Part shown: positions 37,418 through 46,469 of the stretch, one piece after another
Layout: each line of letters opens with the position of its first letter
How positions within the stretch are numbered: the stretch's first letter is position 1
Assembly: GCA_905479655.1 (NCBI GenBank)
Contig: CAJQNK010000121.1
Coordinates: forward strand, 14,732 to 78,731
Length of the DNA stretch: 64,000 nucleotides
Source of the DNA: an uncultured bacterium
GTDB lineage: Bacteria > Acidobacteriota > Thermoanaerobaculia > Multivoradales > JAHEKO01
Reading direction: 5' to 3'
Made by a program: the position numbers and the translations under genes
The notes under the pieces: model-generated
Told to the model about the DNA's origin: nothing
Databases searched by the model: none
What the model saw: only the letters and a program-made list of their open reading frames with translations

Positions 37418-39553
37418 CTACGAACCGGGCGCGGTCGCCGCGAGCGCGCGCAGGAGCTCCGGGAGCTCGCCGGCGTCCTGGAAGCGGTCTTCGGGGCGCT
37501 TCGCGAGGAGGCGGCCCAGCGCCTCGTCCAGCCCGGGCGGCGCAGGCTGCCCACCGGGCAGGCGGAGTGGCGTCGGGTCGTCGTGGAGGACCTGGTAGAG
37601 GATGGCGTAGCGGCCCGGGCCCGAGAACGGCAGGTCCCCGGAGAGCATCTGGTAGAGCAGGACTCCCAGGGACCAGAGGTCGCTGGTCGGGGCCGCTACG
37701 CGCCCCCGGATCTGTTCGGGAGACATGTAGGCCGGGGTCCCGAGGCTCGCGTCGGCTTGTGTGATGCGGGACTCCTCCGCCATGAGCGCCAAACCGAAGT
37801 CGACGATGACGGGCCGGTCCTCCGACCGGAGGATGATGTTCGACGGCTTGATGTCCCGATGGACGATGCCGGCGCGGTGCGCCGCGTCCAGCGCCTCGGC
37901 GATCCGCGCGGCGATGGTCAGCGCACGGCCGGCGGGCAGGGGGCCGCCCTCCAGCACCTTGTTGAGGTCCCGGCCCTCGTAGTACGGGATCACCAGGAAC
38001 ATCCGACCGTCGGCCGTCTCTCCCAGGTCGTGGATGGCGCAGAGCCCCGGATGACCCAGGCGCGAGGCGGCCATCGCCTCCCGCAGCAGGCGGGTCCGCG
38101 CGAGCTCGTCCGGGGCGGGGGTGGGGGCCAGGAATTTGAGGGCGACGGTGCGCTGGAGGTGGAGGTCGCGCGCCAGGAAGACCTCGCCCATGCCGCCTCC
38201 GCCGAGGCGCTCGACGATTTCGTAGCGCGAGAGGCTTCGGCCCAGGATGGTGCCGGAAGGCGCCGACGCCGGCATCGGCGGCCGCTCCACGACGGCGGTC
38301 GGTTCCAGGAAGTCGTCCGCGCTCGCGTGGTGCTGCAGGAGCGACGAGACGAGCCGGTGGAGATCCGGGTCGTCCCCGCACTCGGTCGCCAGGAAGTCGT
38401 CGACCTGGGAGGGCTCCCGCCGGAGGGCCTCGCCGAAGGTCTCGCGCGCCTTGTCCCACAGGCGCCGCTCGGTCGAGGAGTCGGTTGGGGAGGGTGCCGC
38501 CGGGCCGCCTCGTTGGCGGAGGAAGTCCCGGAGGAAGCGGTGGCTCACGGCCAGAGTGCCGTCCTCCAGGCGCCGCAGGAGGCCCAGCGCCTCGAGCCTC
38601 CGGGGGCCCGCGCCGAATCCCTCCCCCGCGCCCCCTCGGGGGTCGTGGGTGAGTCTCTCCTCCTCTTGCTCCGAGAGTGGCCTCCCGCCGCGCGAGAGCT
38701 CGACCAGGAGCTCGCGCTCGCTCTCGGCGAGCAGGTCGAAGTCCACCGTGAACAGGTACTGAACCATCGGCTCGCTGTCCACCGCCTCGATGGCCTTCGA
38801 CAGGTCACCCAACTGCGAGAGCCGCTTCGCCAGGAGCTGGAGGAGATAGGGATGGCCGGCGCAGACGTCCGCCACCTCTTCGGCGAGCTCGGCGGACCAG
38901 TCCGGGCGGTCGCGGGCTCGCCGAGTCTGGAGGACGCACTCGACGGCGGCGACTCGTTCCAGCCCCGCGAGGTAGACGGGGGGGCCGAAGCCGTGGAGGA
39001 AGGGGGAGGTGGCGCTCCGCTGGTGGCGCAGCTCCCACAGCCGCACGGTCGAGGCCATGACGGTCCGGAGGTGGGAGCCTCCATGGATCAGCTTGCGGAG
39101 CTTCGGGAGCAGGCCGGCCTCGCGCTGCGAGACCTCGAGCAGGACCTCCGGCTCATCGATCAGCAGGAGCAACCGCCGATCCAGCCGGGCGACCTGCCGG
39201 GTCAGCCGGCGGAGGCAGTGGAACAGGTCGTCGTCGAGAACGTCGTCGATGCCGATCCCGAGCTCCGCCAGGTCTTCCTCCGCGTCCAGCAGCGCCTCGC
39301 GGACCTCCTGGTGGAGATCGGCCAGGTCGGTCGCGCCCTCCAGGTTCCAGAACAGCGGCAGATAGGGGAGACCGGGACGCTGCCGGGCGAGGTGCTCGAG
39401 CTGGCGCAGGAAGGAGGTCTTGCCGATCCGGCGCGAGCCCAGGACCCAGACCGCGTCGCTCATGTCCTCCATCGTCTCCGCCAGCTCGGCGTCCCGACCG
39501 TAGAAGGACTCCCCCCGGACCCACTGCCCGACGACGAACGGTGACGGGCTCAC
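37418..39553 (-). CDS. STAND/AAA_16-type ATPase fused to a C-terminal Ser/Thr protein kinase; GTG start at 39553 overlapping the upstream stop
   Basis: 'FYGRDAELAE...VLGSRRIGKTSFL' (Walker A), 'LLLIDEPE' (Walker B). Kinase 'RYEIVERLGGGGMGEVFLA...ALK', 'HRDIKPSNIIL', 'DFG', 'GTPAYMSPE'. Confidence 0.8.
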   Translation of the reverse strand: MSPSPFVVGQWVRGESFYGRDAELAETMEDMSDAVWVLGSRRIGKTSFLRQLEHLARQRPGLPYLPLFWNLEGATDLADLHQEVREALLDAEEDLAELGIGIDDVLDDDLFHCLRRLTRQVARLDRRLLLLIDEPEVLLEVSQREAGLLPKLRKLIHGGSHLRTVMASTVRLWELRHQRSATSPFLHGFGPPVYLAGLERVAAVECVLQTRRARDRPDWSAELAEEVADVCAGHPYLLQLLAKRLSQLGDLSKAIEAVDSEPMVQYLFTVDFDLLAESERELLVELSRGGRPLSEQEEERLTHDPRGGAGEGFGAGPRRLEALGLLRRLEDGTLAVSHRFLRDFLRQRGGPAAPSPTDSSTERRLWDKARETFGEALRREPSQVDDFLATECGDDPDLHRLVSSLLQHHASADDFLEPTAVVERPPMPASAPSGTILGRSLSRYEIVERLGGGGMGEVFLARDLHLQRTVALKFLAPTPAPDELARTRLLREAMAASRLGHPGLCAIHDLGETADGRMFLVIPYYEGRDLNKVLEGGPLPAGRALTIAARIAEALDAAHRAGIVHRDIKPSNIILRSEDRPVIVDFGLALMAEESRITQADASLGTPAYMSPEQIRGRVAAPTSDLWSLGVLLYQMLSGDLPFSGPGRYAILYQVLHDDPTPLRLPGGQPAPPGLDEALGRLLAKRPEDRFQDAGELPELLRALAATAPGS

Positions 39554-42060
39554 GCCTCGCCCCCGCCCGGCTCGCGCCGGACGGCCTCCAGGTCCTCGAT
39601 CGTTAGCACGCGGCGTCCGAGGCGGTGGCCGCGGTCGACCAGGGCGCGGCACAGACGCTGGATCTCGTAGGGGCGGCCCGAGGTCGCCTCGACGATCCTC
39701 TGCACCACCCGATCATCGACGCGGAAGAGCCCGCGCATCGGCTGGCGGACCAGTCTCTCAGCCTCCGATGCCGGCAGCGGCCGGACCGCGATCCCCTCGA
39801 AGAAGTTGAACCACGGGCTCCCCTCGAGCTCCCAGTCGCGTCGGATCTCGACGCCGGAGACGATCGCTCGCAGGCGTTGCGCGAAGGAGCGCATGAAGAG
39901 GGCGCGGAGCTTCTGGTTGATCCGCGGGTCGTAGCCGTTGAGCTCGTCGATCTCGTCGATGAGCAGGACCAGCCGGGGCTCGCGGTCGGACCGTTCGTCC
40001 AGGCGGCGGAGGACCGCTCGGAGGTCGGTGACGAGGTCCGTGTGGCCGTACCCCGGGTCCGAGGGCGGGTGGCACGGCGCCAGCCCCTCGAGCGTCGGGC
40101 CGAGCTGGTGGAAGACCTCCGCCGCCAGGGTGGCGAAGAGCCGCTCCCCCGGCGTCCCCTGCAGGTCCACGTAGACCGGATGGAAAAGGTACTCTGGATC
40201 GTCGATCTCCCGGAGCCGCTCCCGCAGGTGGTGCTGGATCGAGGTCTTGCCGATCCTCCTCTCCCCGTGGAGCAGGAGACTGTTGTTCGGCACCGCGGCC
40301 ACCACCTCCCGGATCAGATCCTCGCGACCGAAGAACTGCTCGCGGCCGAAGACCGGGGCTCCCGCGACGTACGGGTTGGGCCGGCGAGCCAGCGCCCGCG
40401 CCTCCCGCCGGCGACGAACGGCCAGGCCGAGACCCCCGGTCGCGAGCGAGAGGACGAGGACGCCGCCGAGGATCCAGGGCCGGCGCCACGGCGGGGCGCG
40501 GTACAGGAAGGAGTACTCGGAGACCGCCTCCAGGTCTCCGTCGTCGGCCGCCACGATGCGGTAGGTGGACGCTCCGGCGGCGAGTTCCACGTCGAGGTGG
40601 AACTGGGCGACGAAGACGTCCCCGTGCTGGTCCCCACGGGAGGCCACGGGGACCGGTTCGCCGCGCGGGTCCAGGGCGGACAGTCGCACGGGGCCCTCGT
40701 CGATCACCACGCCGACGATCCGCTCGGCGGGGTGGTCGACGACCTGCCGGACCGAGCCGTCCTCCATCGCCGCGCGGAGGTCGGTGAAGCGGATCGCCGG
40801 CGGCAGGTTGCCGTCGCCTCCCCCGTGGCGCACGAGCCTTCGGGCGATGCCGCGGTACGCGGTGGCGAGCTGGGCGATGGCCCGGGTGTCGTCCGGGTCG
40901 ATGGCCAGAGCGAGATTCACCGCGGCGAGCGCCGCGTCGTGGTCACCCGCGGCGAGCGCGACGGCGGCGGAGTCGACGAGGCGGTCGAGCTCGACCCGGC
41001 GCATCGCCGTCTGCCGTCGCTCGCTCTCCGCCTCCACCAGGGATCGACGCAGCGCAACGGCCTCCTCGTGATCCGGCTCGACCGCCAGGATGCCGCGCAG
41101 GAGATCCAGGGCCGCCGCCGGGCGCCCGTCCCGCGCGGCCGAGCGCGCGGCGTCGAGCCGATCCTCGATCATCGGAGCCGGGTCGGCCGCGGTCGCCTCG
41201 GGTCGATCGTCCCTTCGCTCGGCCGAGATCGCCTCGAGGGCTGTCGCCAGGGGGCCCTCGACGTCGGCTCGGGGGTCGAGAGCCCGGGCCTGCTCGAAAG
41301 CCGCAGCGGCCTCTCGGGGCTTCCCCTCGTCCAGCAGACGACGGCCGTCCCGCGCGAGCTCCGCGGCGGTATCGATGCGCTGCCTCTCGAGCTGTTCCGC
41401 GGCCAGGAGGTCGCGGAGCTCGGTCTCGAGCGCGACGGCGCCGGCGTCCGCTGGTTCGAGCGCGAGGACGTCCGCGAGCTCCGTCAGGGCCTCTTCCACC
41501 CGCCCCTGGTCGCGCAGCGATCGGACCCGGGCCAGGACCTCGGCGGTGATCTCTTCACCCACCTTCCGCTGCGCGCTCTCGATCTCCCGGATGCGCTCCC
41601 GGGCGCGCCCGCGGAACCGCTCGAGCTGCGCCAGGTCCGGCGGGGAGGAGGCGATGGCGCCGAGCCGCTCCTCGGTCTCGAACGCCCGGAGCGCGGCCGC
41701 CGGATCGTCCAGCTCCAGGTAGGCGATACCGAGCTTCAGGTAGGGAAAGTAGGAGGTGAACTGCATTCCGTAGGTCCGCGCGTTCGCGCTGGAGTCGCCC
41801 TTGCGCGCGACCGCCTCGTTGAGCTCTTCGACGGCACCCTCCCACTCCTCCCGCCCGAGTTTCTGCTTCGCTCGCTGGTAGTGGACGTACCAGGTGTCGG
41901 CGGCCGACGGTTGAGACAGGCCCAGGAGGAGCGCGGCGACGAGGGTGAGGAGCGTCCCCCACGACCGACGCCGGGCGCGGCCCCCGGGTCGCGGCCGACC
42001 GAGGCGGACGCCGTACTCGGCTCCCTCTGGGTCGGCGTCGTGTCGCGAGCGGCGGCTCAT
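39550..42060 (-). CDS. Membrane-anchored protein: signal peptide + periplasmic TPR repeats + TM segment + cytoplasmic STAND/AAA_16-type ATPase
   Basis: Signal peptide (LLTLVAALLLGLSQPSAA). TPR-like repeats. TM segment 'ILGGVLVLSLATGGLGLAV'. 'FFGREDLIREV...LLHGERRIGKTS' (Walker A), 'LVLLIDEIDE' (Walker B). Paralogous to the ATPase domain of the downstream kinase gene. Confidence 0.75.
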   Translation of the reverse strand: MSRRSRHDADPEGAEYGVRLGRPRPGGRARRRSWGTLLTLVAALLLGLSQPSAADTWYVHYQRAKQKLGREEWEGAVEELNEAVARKGDSSANARTYGMQFTSYFPYLKLGIAYLELDDPAAALRAFETEERLGAIASSPPDLAQLERFRGRARERIREIESAQRKVGEEITAEVLARVRSLRDQGRVEEALTELADVLALEPADAGAVALETELRDLLAAEQLERQRIDTAAELARDGRRLLDEGKPREAAAAFEQARALDPRADVEGPLATALEAISAERRDDRPEATAADPAPMIEDRLDAARSAARDGRPAAALDLLRGILAVEPDHEEAVALRRSLVEAESERRQTAMRRVELDRLVDSAAVALAAGDHDAALAAVNLALAIDPDDTRAIAQLATAYRGIARRLVRHGGGDGNLPPAIRFTDLRAAMEDGSVRQVVDHPAERIVGVVIDEGPVRLSALDPRGEPVPVASRGDQHGDVFVAQFHLDVELAAGASTYRIVAADDGDLEAVSEYSFLYRAPPWRRPWILGGVLVLSLATGGLGLAVRRRREARALARRPNPYVAGAPVFGREQFFGREDLIREVVAAVPNNSLLLHGERRIGKTSIQHHLRERLREIDDPEYLFHPVYVDLQGTPGERLFATLAAEVFHQLGPTLEGLAPCHPPSDPGYGHTDLVTDLRAVLRRLDERSDREPRLVLLIDEIDELNGYDPRINQKLRALFMRSFAQRLRAIVSGVEIRRDWELEGSPWFNFFEGIAVRPLPASEAERLVRQPMRGLFRVDDRVVQRIVEATSGRPYEIQRLCRALVDRGHRLGRRVLTIEDLEAVRREPGGGEA

Positions 42061-42329
42061 TCGGTGGTTCCGTCGGCCCGACGGTCCTCCCCGTCGGCAT
42101 CGGGTTCGCAGGGGGCCGAGTCGTCTTCCGGCCAGGGGTGAATCCCGTCGTCCGCGCGGCCGTGGGGTAAGTTGACAGCGGTTCGGCCCCCGCATATTCT
42201 CACCGCACTTCGAAGTTTGTCATCTGATTCGAGCCGGGACCCGAAGTCCGGCCCTCCTCCGATCCGCCAGGTTGGGAAGGTCCAGCACGGCCGCGTCGCT
42301 CTCGGCGCCGTCGACCCGGCGGAGACGGA

Positions 42330-43806
42330 GATGCTCGACAGAGAATCGAATCCCAGAAGGAGTTCGGCCTCTCGGGGCCGTGGAGTCCGGTCGGGAGCTC
42401 GATGGCTGTCGTGGGTTCTCGCAGCGTATCTCCTCTCGGCCTTCCTCCTCTCGGCCTTCCTCCTCTCCGCGGCCCACGCCCAGACGAACGACGAGGCCTT
42501 CGGCGAGCTGCGCTTCAACCTCGAGGCCCCCGGCGCTCGAAGCCTGGCCATGGGCGGGGCCTTCGTAGGCCTCGCGGACGACGCGACCGCGGCCTTCGCC
42601 AACCCGGCGGGCCTGCTGTGGCTGATGGAGCCCGAGGTCTCGCTCGAGGGCAGGTTCTCCAGAGCCCGCACCCGTTTCCTGGACGGCGGTCGGATCGAGT
42701 GCGAGCCCTCCGGGATCGGGCTGGACACGGCGGACCGGCCGTTGTTCTCGGAGTTCGAGGACGAGTCGGTCGCCCTCGGCTTCCTCTCCTACGCTCGGCC
42801 GGCCCGCTCCCGGCGCTGGGCCTTCTCCGTGTTCGCCCACCAGCCGGCCACGGTCGACCTGGCGGTGCGGAGCGAGGGGGCCTTCAACGGGGAGGTCCGG
42901 GTGCGGCCGGACGGCTCCGTCACGAGCGCCCGGATCGCCCCGATCCTCGGCGCCGTCGACATCGACATCCGCAGTCTCGGCGTCGCGCTCGCGTTGCGCG
43001 CCCGGGAGGGACTGTGGCTGGGCATGGCCCTCGCGCGTCACGAGATGACGCTGACGGCGTCGACGCGGCGCTTCGACCCGCGCCTCGAGGGGGACGGCTT
43101 CGGTCCGTCGCAGTACAGCCCGGAAAGCGAGTTCCTGCGCCGTGAGGCGACCGGCGACGACCACGACCTGACGCTCACGGCCGGCGTCCTCTGGCGACCC
43201 GGCGACGGCGACATGACGCTCGGGCTCGTCTACCGACGGGGGGCGGAATTCGCGATGAGCTCCCGGTTCACCTGGGGTCCCCTGGCCGTCGCCCTCGGCG
43301 GCGACGACCCGGAGGAGGCGGCGGCCCTGTCCGGCGCGACCGGTTTTCGGACCCCGTCGGTGCTGGGCCTCGGCGTCTCGTGGCGGGCGAGCGATCGGTT
43401 CCTCGTGTCGGTCGAGTTGGACCGGGTCGAGTTCTCCCGACTCGAGCCCCGCAGGAACGTCCTGCTGAGCGTGCTGCGCCGGGACGGAGTCGAGCTGGCG
43501 GACTTCCGGGTCGAAGACGTCCTCGAGCCCCGACTCGGGTTCGAGTACGTGTTCCTGTCTCCGTCGCCCGTGTCGCTGGCCGTGCGCTGGGGAGCCTGGC
43601 TCGAGCCGGATCACGGACTTCGCTTCGAGGGGCCCACCGAGGGCAACGAGGACCTGATGGCCCGGTTCCGCGGTGGGGACGAGGCTCTGCACGGGACCCT
43701 GGGCCTGGGCGTCGTCTGGGGAGGCGGCCGGCGCCAGGTCGATCTCGCCGTGGACGTGGCGGAGACGGGCGAGGTCGCGACGCTCTCCTGCGTGGTGCGT
43801 TTCTGA
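42330..43806 (+). CDS. FadL/TodX-family outer-membrane beta-barrel transporter
   Basis: Signal peptide. Hallmark 'SLAMGGAFVGLADDATAAFANPAGL'. C-terminal aromatic residue (...CVVRF). Confidence 0.75.
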
Positions 43807-44429
43807 TGACAGGTCTCGACGCACGGCGGGGGGGGTTCGCGGCGGCCGACCTGGAGATCACCGAGATCCTCGAGCGCTGGAGCGACGGCGACGAGGAGGC
43901 CCTCGATCTGCTGATCCCGCGGGTCTACGAGCAGCTCCACCGGATCGCCTCCCGGCGCCTGAGCCTGGAGGCGGCCGAGTCACTCCAGACGACGGGCCTG
44001 GTCCACGAGGTCTACCTCCGCCTCGTGGGTCAGCGGCGGGCCCAGTGGGAGAGCCGCGGCCACTTCTTCGCCATCGCCGCGCGGATGATGCGCCGCCTCC
44101 TGGTCGATCGGGCCCGACGCCGCCACGCCGCCAAGCGGGAGCCGCCTCCCGCGGAGGAGTTCCCGTTCCCGATGGTCAGCACTCCCGACATCGACCTGCT
44201 GGCCCTAGACGTGGCGCTCGACGAGCTCGCCTCGCGCTCGCCCCGGCAGGCCCGGGTGGTCGATCTGCGCCACTTCCTGGGCTTGACCATCCGCGAGACG
44301 GCCGATGCTCTCGGGCTCTCCGAACGGTCCGTCGGGCTCGACTGGACGATGGCCCGAGCCTGGTTGCACCAGCGCCTGGCTTCGGCGGGCGAAGGAACCC
44401 CGCAGGAGCCTCGACGAGGCCGTCGGTGA
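43806..44429 (+). CDS. ECF sigma factor (sigma-70 family, TIGR02999-like subgroup)
   Basis: N-terminal 'ITEILERWSDGDEEALDLLIPRVYEQLHRIA'. Region-4 HTH 'LTIRETADALGLSERSV'. ATG overlaps the FadL gene stop (TGATG). Confidence 0.8.
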   Translation: MTGLDARRGGFAAADLEITEILERWSDGDEEALDLLIPRVYEQLHRIASRRLSLEAAESLQTTGLVHEVYLRLVGQRRAQWESRGHFFAIAARMMRRLLVDRARRRHAAKREPPPAEEFPFPMVSTPDIDLLALDVALDELASRSPRQARVVDLRHFLGLTIRETADALGLSERSVGLDWTMARAWLHQRLASAGEGTPQEPRRGRR

Positions 44430-44703
44430 GGCGAACGAGGAGATCCCCCGGCGCGGCGCGCAGGGGCTCGGCCTCGAGAGTGCCGCCACCCGGAACCCGC
44501 CATCCGCGTCTCGAGGGGGCCGATCTGTGCGAGCGATCGTGAGAGTATAGAGGCGGAACCGACACCGAAACCGTCGGGGCGGGTGTCCTTTGGCGAGGGC
44601 TTCTCCGAGAGCCGCGAAGGATCCACCGGTTCGGCGCATCCAATCCGTAGAGGGGCGACCAGCACCCGGCGATCGGCCGTCACGCGGAGCCCCGGGAGAG
44701 ACC

Positions 44704-45369
44704 ATGACCGCCGCCTGGCGCAAGAAGGGGAGTGGACCGCGGGCCGAAAAGGCTCTGGTGCGGGCTCTGCTCGCCGGCGACGAGGCGGCCTTCGATACGC
44801 TCGTGGAAGAATACGTGCCCCCGATCTACCGCTATGCGCTGCGCCGGACCGGCGACCGGGAGACGGCCCGTGACCTCACGCAGACGACGATCTGCAAGGT
44901 CATCGCCAAGCTGCCCGGTTTCCGCGGCGAGGCCGGTCTCGGGACCTGGCTCTTCGCCTGCTGTCGCAACGAGATCGCCATGCACTTCCGGCGCCGGTCG
45001 AGCGCCGGCATCGAGGTGCCCTGGGCGCCGACGGAAGCCCGCGGAGACGAGCCGTCGGGTGTGCCGATGGTGCCGTGCTCCGCCGACGGCCCGGAGGAGA
45101 GCTTCCTGCGGGGGGAGCGCACGGCCCTCGTCCATCAGGCGTTGGACCAGCTCCCCGGCCACTACGGCAGGGCGCTCGAGTGGAAGTACATCGAAGGCCT
45201 GCCGGTGCGGGAGATCGCCCGCCGACTGGAGCTGGGAGAGAAGGCGGCTGAGTCGCTGCTCACCCGGGCGCGGGAGGCCTTCCGCGGTGGCTACCGCCGG
45301 CTCGTCGACGGCGCCCCGGACGGTTCCGGGCACGCTCCGGCCGCCGCTCTTCTGAGGACGACATCGTGA
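44704..45369 (+). CDS. ECF sigma factor (RpoE-like)
   Basis: Region 2 'ETARDLTQTTICKV', region 4 'LPVREIARRLELGEKAAESLLTRAR'. GGGAGAG RBS. Confidence 0.8.
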   Translation: MTAAWRKKGSGPRAEKALVRALLAGDEAAFDTLVEEYVPPIYRYALRRTGDRETARDLTQTTICKVIAKLPGFRGEAGLGTWLFACCRNEIAMHFRRRSSAGIEVPWAPTEARGDEPSGVPMVPCSADGPEESFLRGERTALVHQALDQLPGHYGRALEWKYIEGLPVREIARRLELGEKAAESLLTRAREAFRGGYRRLVDGAPDGSGHAPAAALLRTTS

Positions 45370-46406
45370 CCGACTCCCGCTCCCCCGACCGCCGCCCTCT
45401 CCTGGGGCCCGAGGGGCCCGCGGATCCGGACCGCGAGGTGCGCGAGCTCCTTCGCTCGGCGGGACCCCGGCTGGAGATGCGACCCGAGGATCTCGACATC
45501 GTGAAGCGGGCGGCGCGGGGCGAGTGGCGGAGGCTCGTCGACGAGCGGCCGCCGAAGCGCGGGTGGAGCCGGCGACCGCTCCTGGCCGCTGCCGCCGCTG
45601 CCGTCGCCGCCGTGGGGCTCGCCTGGTGGCTCCTGGCGGCCGGCGGACCGCCCGAGTCCGTCGCTGTCGTGGAGGTTCTCGACGGCTCCGGCGCCCTGGC
45701 GGGGTCGGACCCGCTGGAACTGGGCGATCCGGTCCTCGACGGCGCCTCGATCGCGGTGCCCGTCGGCGGCCGTCCCCTCGGGTTGCGCTGGCGCGACGGA
45801 CGCTCGGTCCGCCTGGCCCCGGGGAGTCGGATGACCGTCGCCTCGCCCTGGCGTCTCGAGTTGACGGTGGGCTCCCTCTACGTGGACACGCCGCCCTCCG
45901 TCGCGCCCGGGCGTCCGTTCACGGTGGCGACGCCCGCCGGCCTGGTGGTCGAGCGGGGCACCCAGTTCGAGGTCAATCTGGCGACTGTCGGAGCGCCGCT
46001 CCGGGTCCGGGTCCGGGAGGGAGTCGTGGAGGTGGACACCGCCGGTGGCGACGTGGCGGTCACCGCCGGTCAACAGTGGGTCCTCGGCCCGGACGGCGAG
46101 GGGTCGATCGAGTCCGTGGATCCCTGGGACGACTCCTGGTCCTGGGTGCTGCGCGCCGCGCCGACCCCGACGGTCGAGGGCTCGGACCTCGCCTCGTTCC
46201 TCGAGGAGGAGTGCCGCGAGGCCGGTTGGCGCCTGGTCTGGGAGAGCGCCGAGCTGGCCGCCGAGGCGGCCACGGTGGAGCTCCACGGCTCGGTCGACGG
46301 GATGACGCCGGACCAGGCCGTGGCGGTGATCCTGGCGGGCAGCCGTCTCGACTACCGGCTCGAAGAGGGGCGTCTGTTCGTCGGCAACGCCGGCGCCGGG
46401 CCGTAG
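45366..46406 (+). CDS. FecR-family transmembrane anti-sigma factor (GTG start overlapping the sigma gene stop)
   Basis: TM 'LLAAAAAAVAAVGLAWWLLAA'. FecR-domain motifs 'RLAPGSRMTV', 'VVERGTQFEV', 'VREGVVEV'. Confidence 0.7.
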   Translation: MTDSRSPDRRPLLGPEGPADPDREVRELLRSAGPRLEMRPEDLDIVKRAARGEWRRLVDERPPKRGWSRRPLLAAAAAAVAAVGLAWWLLAAGGPPESVAVVEVLDGSGALAGSDPLELGDPVLDGASIAVPVGGRPLGLRWRDGRSVRLAPGSRMTVASPWRLELTVGSLYVDTPPSVAPGRPFTVATPAGLVVERGTQFEVNLATVGAPLRVRVREGVVEVDTAGGDVAVTAGQQWVLGPDGEGSIESVDPWDDSWSWVLRAAPTPTVEGSDLASFLEEECREAGWRLVWESAELAAEAATVELHGSVDGMTPDQAVAVILAGSRLDYRLEEGRLFVGNAGAGP

Positions 46407-46469
46407 CTCGGCCGGCGTCGGCGAGCGTCGCTTCCGTCGGACCTCCCGCCGTGGGGACCCCCCCCTCGG

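Noticed and set aside
44555-44575. Possible ECF-type promoter GGAAC...CGTC between the two sigma genes
   Set aside because: The spacer is only about 12 nt; ECF promoters need about 16-17. GGAAC and CGTC are common in GC-rich DNA.
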